64,000 bases of DNA from an uncultured Candidatus Saccharibacteria bacterium. GTDB taxonomy: Bacteria; Patescibacteriota; Saccharimonadia; Saccharimonadales; UBA7683. The stretch's first letter is position 1; the number at the start of each line of letters is the position of its first letter. The translations under genes were made by a program, and so were the position numbers. A model generated the notes under the pieces. It saw nothing but the letters and a program-made list of their open reading frames with translations, made no database searches and was not told the origin of the DNA. The stretch lies in assembly GCA_964541305.1 (NCBI GenBank), contig CAZIPE010000001.1, positions 12,138 through 76,137 on the forward strand. The letters are read 5' to 3'. Positions 37,524 to 46,259 of this stretch are shown here, piece by piece.

Positions 37524-39032
37524 CTATTTCAAAAATAGTAAGTATGCTAAATTGTTTGATTCAATCTTGTATTCGAACCCTGTTGTGTTTAAAAACAATG
37601 TAAAGTCTTTCGCGTCTGGTGCTATGACATCGAATCCAATCAAGACTCTCCCGCTATCTGCGCCCATTCCTCTGTAGTGAAATAGGCTAATATTCCAGCG
37701 TCGACCGAGTGCTTTTAAGAAGTCACCAAGTGCGCCCGGTCTTTCAGGAAAGTCAAAATGCACGAGGATTTCATTTTTTGGCCCTTCAGCTCCTCCGACC
37801 ATGTGGCGAATATGTTCTTTTGCAAGTTCGTTATCAGTCAGGTCTATTATGTTGTATCCTTTTTTGGTTAGTCTCGTAGATATCATGCGAGCATCATTGA
37901 CGTCATGTGTTGTAATGCCTACGAGTATGTGAGCTCGTGACAAATTATTCTGCCGATAATTAAACTCACTGATATTGTGTTTTCCAAGATCTTTACAAAA
38001 ATGTTCGAGTGCGCCTTGTTTTTCAGGTAATTCAACTGAAAAAAGTGCTTCGTGACCACTACCAATGAGTGTTCGCTCTGTAATAAACTGCAGTCGCTCA
38101 AAACTCATGTTTGCGCCACTATTTATAGCTACAACATGGTCGGTTTCTGTCAGTGTGTGTGTTTGGGTGTATTTTTCTATGCCCGCAACACCAAGGGCGC
38201 CAGCTGGCTCAACAATTGAGCGTGTTTCTTCATAGATCCGTTTAATGGCAGCACATAATTGATCGTTTGTTACTAAAACAACCTCATCTACGTATTTTTT
38301 CGCGATATCAAAAGTGTTCTTACCGATTTGCTTAACAGCTACCCCGTCAGCGAATATACCCACATGAGGCAAGCTTACTCGTTTATTATGCCTGAGTGCT
38401 TCATGAAGCGTTGCGGCATCTTCCGGCTCAACTCCAATGATTTTGACATCGGGATGAGTAGATTTGATCGCACGAGCAACTCCTGCAATTAATCCCCCGC
38501 CACCAACAGGAACAAACACATGTGTAACCGACGGCAACTGTTGGAGTATTTCGCCACCAATTGTTCCCTGGCCCTCAATGACAAGTGGGTCGTCAAACGG
38601 ATGTATGAATATACGACCGGTCTTTTTTCGTAGTTTCTCGCAGTGTTCAGCTGCCTCGGAGTAATTGTCACCGCTGAGAATAATCTCGGCTCCATAGCCC
38701 GCTACTGCATCAATTTTTATGCGTGGTGTAGTCTTTGGCATAACAATTAATGCCGAAATACCTAATTTCTGCGCACTTAACGCGACACCCTGTGCGTGAT
38801 TTCCGGCACTTGCTGCAATTACGCCCGACTTCTTCTCTACTGGTGTGAGCGACAGCATCTTATTGTAAGCACCCCTGATTTTAAATGAAAAAACTGGTTG
38901 CATGTCTTCCCGTTTAAAATATACATTGGTAGATAGTGCTGTACTCAATTTGGGCGCCTTCTCAAGTGGCGTACGAACAACAACATTATATATGTTTGAT
39001 GTATCGGAGATGCCTGGTATGTTATTTGTCAT
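37524..39032 (-). CDS. ilvA: Threonine ammonia-lyase, biosynthetic long form with C-terminal regulatory domains
   Basis: KREDMQPVFSFKIRGAYN (PLP Lys), ASAGNHAQG, PVGGGGL, SGANM, FPERPGAL, WNISLFHYR. Confidence 0.95.
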   Translation of the reverse strand: MTNNIPGISDTSNIYNVVVRTPLEKAPKLSTALSTNVYFKREDMQPVFSFKIRGAYNKMLSLTPVEKKSGVIAASAGNHAQGVALSAQKLGISALIVMPKTTPRIKIDAVAGYGAEIILSGDNYSEAAEHCEKLRKKTGRIFIHPFDDPLVIEGQGTIGGEILQQLPSVTHVFVPVGGGGLIAGVARAIKSTHPDVKIIGVEPEDAATLHEALRHNKRVSLPHVGIFADGVAVKQIGKNTFDIAKKYVDEVVLVTNDQLCAAIKRIYEETRSIVEPAGALGVAGIEKYTQTHTLTETDHVVAINSGANMSFERLQFITERTLIGSGHEALFSVELPEKQGALEHFCKDLGKHNISEFNYRQNNLSRAHILVGITTHDVNDARMISTRLTKKGYNIIDLTDNELAKEHIRHMVGGAEGPKNEILVHFDFPERPGALGDFLKALGRRWNISLFHYRGMGADSGRVLIGFDVIAPDAKDFTLFLNTTGFEYKIESNNLAYLLFLK

Positions 39033-39405
39033 CACTACCTTGTACAATTACTGATATTTCAACTAGTAACGGAACTTCACCGGCTACTGGTGGTAGTTCT
39101 CGTACGCCAACACATTCTCGAGTCGGTGGATATTCGCCAAAGAAGTCACCGTATAACTCGTTCATTTTTTCAAAGTCTGACATGTGCGTGAGATATACCC
39201 GTGAATTTACAACCGAATGTCTCGATAGTTTGTTTTGCTTAAGTATTGTATCAATATTTTTCAGTGCTTGAGTCATTTGGTCGCTAAAATCGTGAGAGGC
39301 TGTTTTGCTAACTGGGTCGACACCGACTTGACCTGCAACAAAGTATAGTCCACCAGCTTTGCGTATTATTGAATATGGTCCATATGTCTCGGTTTTCATA
39401 TACAT
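39022..39405 (-). CDS. ridA: RidA/YjgF family enamine deaminase
   Basis: GPYS, FVAGQVG, MNELYGDFF..YPPTRECV (catalytic Arg), LVEI. Confidence 0.9.
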   Translation of the reverse strand: MYMKTETYGPYSIIRKAGGLYFVAGQVGVDPVSKTASHDFSDQMTQALKNIDTILKQNKLSRHSVVNSRVYLTHMSDFEKMNELYGDFFGEYPPTRECVGVRELPPVAGEVPLLVEISVIVQGSDDK

Positions 39406-39408
39406 ATA

Positions 39409-40605
39409 TCAATTGGTTATTGCATTGGAATTTGTTTTTGCGGCGTGCGTGCCTTTCCGCCCTTGATATTTTCCTTCCTCGTGGATTGCGTTTTGTGCAT
39501 GTCCCCAAAAAGTTGGATCATAAGGTGTGTATAGGCGGTGACCATTTTCTCCCCCCGCAATAATACCAGCACTATGTATGCCAGATCGATGAACGTTCGT
39601 GTCGCGGCCTACAACTGGACTTTGCCTAGACACCTCTTGACCTGCGTATTTCATCACAGCTTCTGCTGTTAATACTGAATATTCTGGATTAAAACGCCAT
39701 CCGACAGGAACACCTAAATCACCAGTAAACTTAAAGACTCCTCCTATAAACGGAAAGACATCTGCATTACCTGCCCTCTCACCAAGTCCACAAATTGTTG
39801 TTTCTGCCTGCACCTTAATTATTCTTTCATATTGCTTGGAATATTTTGCCGCAGCCTTTACAAGGCTATAGCTGTTGGCCACTGCCATGCCAAGGTCGTT
39901 GTGGCAATGTGCAGATATCGTCACGTCGGGATTTAGTGGCTGTATCCATGCTATCGCTTTGTAGTAAAAGTCTTCCATCCACGAAGGATCGCGCTGGCCG
40001 ACTGTATCAGGGAGATTGATGACATCAGCACCTTCATCTACTGCAGCTTTTATAACGCGTTCTAAATACACTGGATCGGTTGTACTTGCAGCTTCTGCAG
40101 AAAACTCGACAGTGCCATCTGACGACTGATCTACTAATTCACGTGCCTGCTTTACTGCAGCCCTCCCCATACGAAGCACTTCATCGGGGCTCATATCTGG
40201 AAATTTTTCAGCCATATGTTCGTTATCGGTTGACACAAAGGTGTGGATGCGTGGTCGCGAAGCATATTGCACAGCATCCCAGGTTGCCTCAATGTCGGCA
40301 GGTGTTGTGCGTGATAAACCCGCAATTATTGGTGAGTCCCATGCGGTATCTTGGTGACCATCGGGTGTCCAGAGGTGTGTGGAATATATCTCATTGCCCA
40401 CTTGCTTGGATACTGAACTCACTTCTTCGCTGTCACCAGGTGTTGCTGGAAACCCCGCCTCTATTACTCCAATTCCAAGAGAAGCCAGTTTGTCAGCTAT
40501 TTCTGGCTTTGATCCCTCGGGAAACTGATTTTCTTTAGGTAGTGCCTGAGCACCATCGCGTAAAGTTGTGTCGAATATAGTTATATCTACATGTGCTTCT
40601 GTCAT
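39409..40605 (-). CDS. leuA: 2-isopropylmalate synthase-like (DRE-TIM) enzyme lacking the C-terminal regulatory domain
   Basis: FDTTLRDGAQ, IEAGFPA, EFSAEA, INLPDTVG, HCHNDLGMAVANS, GLGERAGNA; only 398 aa. Substrate not certain. Confidence 0.75.
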   Translation of the reverse strand: MTEAHVDITIFDTTLRDGAQALPKENQFPEGSKPEIADKLASLGIGVIEAGFPATPGDSEEVSSVSKQVGNEIYSTHLWTPDGHQDTAWDSPIIAGLSRTTPADIEATWDAVQYASRPRIHTFVSTDNEHMAEKFPDMSPDEVLRMGRAAVKQARELVDQSSDGTVEFSAEAASTTDPVYLERVIKAAVDEGADVINLPDTVGQRDPSWMEDFYYKAIAWIQPLNPDVTISAHCHNDLGMAVANSYSLVKAAAKYSKQYERIIKVQAETTICGLGERAGNADVFPFIGGVFKFTGDLGVPVGWRFNPEYSVLTAEAVMKYAGQEVSRQSPVVGRDTNVHRSGIHSAGIIAGGENGHRLYTPYDPTFWGHAQNAIHEEGKYQGRKGTHAAKTNSNAITN

Positions 40606-40632
40606 TGATTATCCTTGCAAATTGAATTTATT

Positions 40633-40656
40633 AAAAACCGAGTGTTGAAACTCGGT
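40633..40656 (-). terminator. Attenuator terminator in the leuA leader
   Basis: ACCGAGU-UUCAAC-ACUCGGU-UUUU, ending ~28 nt before the leuA ATG. Confidence 0.85.
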
Positions 40657-40679
40657 ATTCTTCTAGGCTGTGCGTGGCG

Positions 40680-40766
40680 CTATGCGCTCCGAGCTTCAAC
40701 TTCGTTAAAGCACAGCCCTTTTAGGCTGAGTAGAATGAGTAGTTGCTGTGCATTGAATTTTATCAT
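40680..40766 (-). CDS. Leu/Ile-rich attenuator leader peptide MIKFNAQQLLILLSLKGLCFNEVEARSA (not in ORF track)
   Basis: Control codons CTA CTC ATT CTA CTC AGC CTA; promoter TTGACA(40803-40798)-17-TACCAT(40780-40775); alternative stems downstream. Confidence 0.8.
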   Translation of the reverse strand: MIKFNAQQLLILLSLKGLCFNEVEARSA

Positions 40767-40774
40767 CACGTCTG

Positions 40775-40838
40775 ATGGTACTCTTGGGAAAAACATTTGT
40801 CAATAAATAGTTGACAAATAGTACTTTAAGAGTAAAAT
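40775..40838. promoter_or_regulatory. Back-to-back sigma70 promoters
   Basis: Minus: TTGACA 40803-40798 / TACCAT 40780-40775. Plus: TTGACA 40811-40816 / TAAAAT 40833-40838. Confidence 0.7.
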
Positions 40839-41001
40839 TAATTTTTGGAATGTCAATTCAATCTACAAACAACATGATTTCAAAGTATGTGCACCGCGCA
40901 TGTTTTAGTATTGTGCGCTAAATTGTAGATTGAGCCAGACAACTAACAGGATGTAACGAGCTCAATCACGGAAGGGAGCTCTTTTTTAACGAAAAATTAT
41001 C

Positions 41002-41400
41002 ATGACTACTATTGAACATACAACTCTACAAAACGGCGAAAGTGTCAGTGACTCACTAACAGTATGTGAGATTGATGAACAAGTGCAAGCAGTGGCCAGC
41101 AACTTCTTTGGATCGATTGACAAAGTACTAGATAGAAAAGATGCAAAGATACACGTAGCATATTTTGCTTCAGGTATTGCAGTACACGAAGATGTTCGAG
41201 AACAGCTCATGGCTGGTGTTATGGAGCTGTGCGATCACATAGATAGTAACTGTGTGCAATCACAGTTAAAAATATCTGATGTGGCCACCGCTATAGTTGA
41301 ATCGAAAAAAAGCGGAAATTTGCTTATTGAAGAGGTACACACTGATAGTGATGATGCTGTATTCGGATATTGGTATTACATTATGCCTTCTCCGGAGTAA
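41002..41400 (+). CDS. Hypothetical protein
   Basis: 132-aa acidic ORF behind a structured leader; no motif recognised. Confidence 0.5.
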   Translation: MTTIEHTTLQNGESVSDSLTVCEIDEQVQAVASNFFGSIDKVLDRKDAKIHVAYFASGIAVHEDVREQLMAGVMELCDHIDSNCVQSQLKISDVATAIVESKKSGNLLIEEVHTDSDDAVFGYWYYIMPSPE

Positions 41401-41417
41401 CGTGGAGTCTTTCGTTA

Positions 41418-43787
41418 TTATTTCAGTTGTTCTAATTTAAACTGAGTGGCGCGCTCTGCAGCGAGACGCGTGAGTTCTGGGTCTTCACCTTGGTTCACAA
41501 AGATCATGTTTTCCGCAAGAATTGGGTGCACACTCTCGATAGCGTCGTGCATTTGTTTGGCAAGCTTGCGGTAGCCTGGATGACCTTGAGGGCTTGTACG
41601 GAGCTCCATAAAGTGAAAAGCCTCTCGTGCATTCATAACTACCTTCCAGCGCATTTTGTGACCAAGCAGTGTGGCATACTGCGCTTCGTTGTGATAGCCT
41701 CCATCCCACAGAATTTGATACAACTTCCGGCTCAGTTCAAAACAAGTTTCAAATAAATCTTCGCATCCTGCTTCGCTGACAAGTTTTGGTACCTCGTAAC
41801 CATAATGAGGACTCAGTAATTGCCATTCCATACTATCTACCATGCGATGTCGCTGTAAGTCTCGAAAAATTCCGTAGTCGCAAAGTAGGTCGAAACTGTA
41901 GTGTGCTACTTCAAGTGCGCGACCAGGCTTGTGTCGCCGATTAAGGCGTTCGCCAATGTACGCCTTAAAAGCTTCTTCTTTTTCTTGGTAGCTCAGCTTA
42001 TCAACTGCTCGTTCAAGCTCACTAAGACCCATGCTACTGCTTTCGTACAGCATATGAGGTAGCAGATCCAGCTCATTTTTTGGCCAGAAATCTACCAGCT
42101 CTACCGCTTCTCCATCCGCACCTTTCATGGGTTGTAGGCTGTGTTCTGCGGTGAATTTTTGCAATGCTTTTCGTGTATTGGCGCGGTATGCCATCCATGC
42201 ACCACCGCGATCTGGCTTATCAGCACGCTCCAAGAAAGTCGGCACTACTTTACGTGCTTCATCTAAAATTGCTTGACCGGTATCCGTCGATTCAACCAAT
42301 TCCTCGCTCATTAGGTGCATTATCAGGCTTTCAAGTGCCTGGCCACTAGCGAAAATGCCAACAGTTGATTTGGTGGCTACAGGTAGTACTGGTCGTGCCG
42401 CATCACACGCCTGAGCACGTATCGCCGATTTCCATGCCCCGTCACGCGTATCTTCAGGTTCATCAGACGATGCTTCAACATGCTGAGTAAGTTTATGAAC
42501 TAGTTGCGAGTACGTTTCAAACAGTTCATCCATTGTGTTGTCATACGACTGAGTAGTCTTTTCGTCTAAGTTTGTAGGCGTGTAGTATTTAAATGCTCCA
42601 AATTCATCTTTTTGATCGAAATAGATGTAGCGTGTTGATTGCTCTAAATAGGCGGCTAGTCTGCCCCATTCAAGCTTTTTGGTGAGCAGATTGCTCGCAC
42701 CTTCAACGACAAAGTGAATTCCGGTAAGCTGTTGAACGCTATCGTCGCCGTAGGCAGTAATGACACGTTTGAGTAGATTTTGGTCTTTTCCTTCTTTTCC
42801 TGCAAATTCATCCAAGATTGTGATTCGCATATCATCACCTCGACGCGAAAGCCGAGCCATAGCCGCTGCAATTGTTTGGTTGGATATTTTATCGGTAAAA
42901 ACGTAGACATTGTCTTTTGTGTTGGTGACTGCTTCTGAAAGGTACTCGGTACCTTCTTTCGTAATTGAATAACTACCGTTCTGGTTCTTTGTGACGTAGG
43001 GGTTTAGTTCTTTAGTTTTTTTAGGAGCAAACACTGTTTGAGCAGACTGTCCCGACGTATCTTCCGGTTTCTTTTTGCGTAATTTACCGAGCATAGGCTG
43101 GATCCTTTCCCAGATGAGGTTATTGATTGTTGGAATACTTTGAAGTTCACCATCTTTCACACAGTCAATAGACTGGAAGGTATCTGGGAAGGCTTCGCGT
43201 AGTTGTTTGTAGGTTTCCACTGCATTTTCGAGATGATGTATATCTGCCTCGTGAATGTCTCGTTTCTTGTCTGTATAGCTGCGTTTCTCTTTTTTATCAA
43301 CCAACTTCTGAGCTACACCTGCTTCTACTAGCAGTATAATACTTAGGTCGGGACGAGGGATTTCAAGCATCCCGAACTCTAAATTGTCGAGCCACTTAAA
43401 TAGTTCACGGCGTTCAGCTAGTGTTTTAAATTTGCCCCCTTGATGCGCCATGCTTGAACCAGCAAATCGGTTGCAGAGAACTATCTTACCAGCAGCCAGG
43501 TCACGTTTCATGTCTGCTGAGGCATCAAATCTGTCCAGAGCGTAAAAAACTGATGGTATGTAGGGGCCGAGGTCATCACCAGAACCATAGTCACCATTAA
43601 GATACTTGCGCACAAAGTACGACGAGTCTTTCTCATATTGCGGGAAATCGTAAGTTGCCACATCATAGCCCTCTGATTTTAGTCGTTCAATCAGAAGTTT
43701 AAACTGAGTACCTTTGCCAGACCCGTCTGAACCTTCTATGACAATGAACAATCCGCTGTTGGTGTCGGACGCTTCCGAATTGTTCAT
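41418..43787 (-). CDS. thyX: Thymidylate kinase fused to tandem flavin-dependent thymidylate synthase (Tmk-ThyX)
   Basis: N-terminal IEGSDGSGKGTQ, FYALDR, PDLSIIL; then YGDDSVQQL, LEQSTRY, RDLQRHR, MNAREAFHFMELR. Confidence 0.9.
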   Translation of the reverse strand: MNNSEASDTNSGLFIVIEGSDGSGKGTQFKLLIERLKSEGYDVATYDFPQYEKDSSYFVRKYLNGDYGSGDDLGPYIPSVFYALDRFDASADMKRDLAAGKIVLCNRFAGSSMAHQGGKFKTLAERRELFKWLDNLEFGMLEIPRPDLSIILLVEAGVAQKLVDKKEKRSYTDKKRDIHEADIHHLENAVETYKQLREAFPDTFQSIDCVKDGELQSIPTINNLIWERIQPMLGKLRKKKPEDTSGQSAQTVFAPKKTKELNPYVTKNQNGSYSITKEGTEYLSEAVTNTKDNVYVFTDKISNQTIAAAMARLSRRGDDMRITILDEFAGKEGKDQNLLKRVITAYGDDSVQQLTGIHFVVEGASNLLTKKLEWGRLAAYLEQSTRYIYFDQKDEFGAFKYYTPTNLDEKTTQSYDNTMDELFETYSQLVHKLTQHVEASSDEPEDTRDGAWKSAIRAQACDAARPVLPVATKSTVGIFASGQALESLIMHLMSEELVESTDTGQAILDEARKVVPTFLERADKPDRGGAWMAYRANTRKALQKFTAEHSLQPMKGADGEAVELVDFWPKNELDLLPHMLYESSSMGLSELERAVDKLSYQEKEEAFKAYIGERLNRRHKPGRALEVAHYSFDLLCDYGIFRDLQRHRMVDSMEWQLLSPHYGYEVPKLVSEAGCEDLFETCFELSRKLYQILWDGGYHNEAQYATLLGHKMRWKVVMNAREAFHFMELRTSPQGHPGYRKLAKQMHDAIESVHPILAENMIFVNQGEDPELTRLAAERATQFKLEQLK

Positions 43788-44497
43788 CGTGCTTTTAAAC
43801 CTTTGATTGCCTCCGGCATGGTGCGCTTGTCTTTGTAGGCGCGGGGTAGCATCTGGGCAGGTGTCCAGTTGGAGATAAGTTCATCCAAATTGGTCCCTGT
43901 TTGGTATTTACCACTAAATCCGTCGTTTCTGCCTTCACCATAATTTCCCTCAACCTCGCCAGTTTCTAGAAATATAGCTTGTGCAATCCGCTCCCCAACA
44001 GGTAGAAGCACTGTCTCATGCTCATTTAGGTTATATATCTCAAGCGTCAGACGGTTGATATAGCCAGGATCTACCCAGCCAGCATCAAAGCACACCGCTA
44101 CACCATTTCGTCCCCAGCTGGAGCGTGATTTCACTTCATATGCGCCTGGTGGTTTAATACCAAAGAATTCATGAGTGTGCGCCAATATTCTTTCACCTGG
44201 ACGCAGCGGAATGACTGGATGTTCTGGCGGGATGCCCTCTAATAACTTTGTCCCGTTGCTGGCACACCAGTCTTGATGTGAAATTGCTTGCTGCACGTCG
44301 CCAAAGTACCGCTTCACATCTGCTTCATCGAATGGATTGTAGACAAATCCTTTCTTAGCCTGACCTGTGCGGTAGTAGTAATATCCTAGTGTTACATCCA
44401 AACTTGCATGAGAAATATGAGCATCATTAAACGGTTCACATACTATATGACCCTCTTTTAATGCTTGTCGAATTTGTGTGTTACTGTAGACTCCCAC
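43784..44497 (-). CDS. dcd: dCTP deaminase
   Basis: ASLDVTLG, LAHTHE, SRSSWGRNG, AGWVDPGY, TLEI, GERIAQ; GTG start. Confidence 0.9.
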   Translation of the reverse strand: MGVYSNTQIRQALKEGHIVCEPFNDAHISHASLDVTLGYYYYRTGQAKKGFVYNPFDEADVKRYFGDVQQAISHQDWCASNGTKLLEGIPPEHPVIPLRPGERILAHTHEFFGIKPPGAYEVKSRSSWGRNGVAVCFDAGWVDPGYINRLTLEIYNLNEHETVLLPVGERIAQAIFLETGEVEGNYGEGRNDGFSGKYQTGTNLDELISNWTPAQMLPRAYKDKRTMPEAIKGLKAR

Positions 44498-44616
44498 GTA
44501 TACCCTCCATTACTTGTACGCGAGCCCACCTTCGCTTTGAACTATATTATATCAAAAAACTGACAAATCACTAATCCCTGTGGTACGATTGAAATCAATG
44601 TAAAAGGAGTTAGCTT

Positions 44617-45066
44617 ATGTCAGCTGAAGCACGTAAATTATATGTAGGTTGTGGTCTCACTCATGCTCCTGAAACATTCAGAAACTCAGTGGATGGCTTC
44701 AAAAAGGTTTTACGAAGTAATGGGCACGAAGTTTTTGATTTTGTCGGATTAGTCGCTGGAACTGAGGCTGATGTATATAACTGGGATATTGGACACTGTG
44801 TAGCCCGGGCTGACCTGCTAATTGGTGTCTGTGATGAGCCAAGCATAGGGCTTGGCTGGGAGCTGGCTGTTGCTGCAGAAAAACTTGAAATTCCTGTTTT
44901 GGCCACCGCTCATACTGACTCCAAAGTTACCCGACTAATTCACGGTGCAGCAGAAGTGTTACCTAATGTTCAATTCGCATCATATGATAATCTTGAGCAT
45001 GATATACCACCGCTTGTTGACGAGATTCTGCTCGCAGCTTACGGTCTTAAGGCGGTTATAAAGTAG
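44617..45066 (+). CDS. Nucleoside 2-deoxyribosyltransferase / Rcl(DNPH1)-like N-glycosidase
   Basis: KLYVG, D....ADLLIG, PSIGLGWELAVA (S.G..E motif). Confidence 0.7.
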   Translation: MSAEARKLYVGCGLTHAPETFRNSVDGFKKVLRSNGHEVFDFVGLVAGTEADVYNWDIGHCVARADLLIGVCDEPSIGLGWELAVAAEKLEIPVLATAHTDSKVTRLIHGAAEVLPNVQFASYDNLEHDIPPLVDEILLAAYGLKAVIK

Positions 45067-45788
45067 ACTGACTTTAACTGGTTACTGGCTATGTCACTGA
45101 GTATGACCGACGCCGTTGCGCTCAACTGACTCAGGGAGCCGCTATTGATAATACGTGAGTCGTAGTGTATTTTAGATCGCTCTCGTTCGGTTGGATCATC
45201 GGTATCCGAAGTTTGTTTGTCGGGTCGGACTATTTCAACAACAAAGCCACCAGCGTTGCTTGTTGTGTCCGCGTCACCGGGAAAACGTAATCCGCCAATA
45301 ATGTATAATTTGCACCCATTTTGTTCAGCCGTTTTAGCTCGACGAATCAGTTCGTCGTACCATATAGTTGGGAATAATCTTTTAACAAAATATCCACCAA
45401 ACCACTGTAAAATAGACCGATGATTTGCTTTGTTGGCAGTTGTAATCTGTTCAGTGACTAGTTTTGGATTCTTCTGCGTTTGTAGTATGTAATTATGCAA
45501 TTTTACATATTCGCTCGAACTTAAGTCTGTATCATCTGTGATGTATAGGTCTGAGGTGCGTACTTTCGTATGCAGATGTTTATGTATACGTTCTTGGAGT
45601 GAATCGAGCCACTTGTTAATTTCGGGTATGTCAGTAGACGTCGGTAGGTCAATCTTGGCATCATTTGCAAATTCACTAATCAATCGTGATGATTCATCAT
45701 GAATTCCAGTTGGCTCGTGCGCCAAAAAAGCTTCGGCTAAACTTGTTTTGCCGTGTCCGATAGCTCCAGTGATACCGATTAAGATCAT
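45039..45788 (-). CDS. Deoxynucleoside monophosphate kinase-like P-loop protein
   Basis: IGITGAIGHGKTS, RSILQWFG, W, GLRFPGD, GFVVEIVRP, IINSGS resemble the T4 gp1-type dNMP kinase pattern. Confidence 0.65.
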   Translation of the reverse strand: MILIGITGAIGHGKTSLAEAFLAHEPTGIHDESSRLISEFANDAKIDLPTSTDIPEINKWLDSLQERIHKHLHTKVRTSDLYITDDTDLSSSEYVKLHNYILQTQKNPKLVTEQITTANKANHRSILQWFGGYFVKRLFPTIWYDELIRRAKTAEQNGCKLYIIGGLRFPGDADTTSNAGGFVVEIVRPDKQTSDTDDPTERERSKIHYDSRIINSGSLSQLSATASVILSDIASNQLKSVYFITALRP

Positions 45789-45822
45789 CTTCCTAGTGTA
45801 TCAAAGGTAGTAGAAATGACAG

Positions 45823-46251
45823 TTAGAAGCTCAGGCGGTATGCGGGTTTTTTTGAGTGCAATGTAATTCTTCGTTGCTTGCCTGTAGTCTTAATCAAATG
45901 GAAATGTTGATGTGGTATCGATTTTGTTGGTGATGACGGGGCTCGCGCATAAAGGTTATAGCCGCGCTTTTCATATGCACCAAGCAATTTCATGTAGTCA
46001 AGCAACTCTTTGTCATTCAAATCTCCAAGGCTACTGACGTGTCGTAGCGGGGTGATCATTAGGTGTTCGCTAACCTTCACATATTCCCAGAGGGAATAAG
46101 GGAAAATATTTTCAATTACACGACAGTATTTTGTTGATTGAATATGTGACTTATCACTGTTTTTAATATCACAAAACACACATATATTTGGTGGTAGCGT
46201 TTTTAGGTATGCTTTGTATTTCTTTTCCTCGGTTCTGTTTCTTGTTGCCAT
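45823..46251 (-). CDS. HIT family hydrolase
   Basis: CVFC, NIFPY, HLMITPLRHV, SIPHQHFHLI (HxHxH). Confidence 0.88.
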   Translation of the reverse strand: MATRNRTEEKKYKAYLKTLPPNICVFCDIKNSDKSHIQSTKYCRVIENIFPYSLWEYVKVSEHLMITPLRHVSSLGDLNDKELLDYMKLLGAYEKRGYNLYARAPSSPTKSIPHQHFHLIKTTGKQRRITLHSKKPAYRLSF

Positions 46252-46259
46252 AAGTTTAT

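Noticed and set aside
40615-40806. 63-aa plus-strand ORF
   Set aside because: Antisense to the leader peptide and attenuator, which explain the sequence better.
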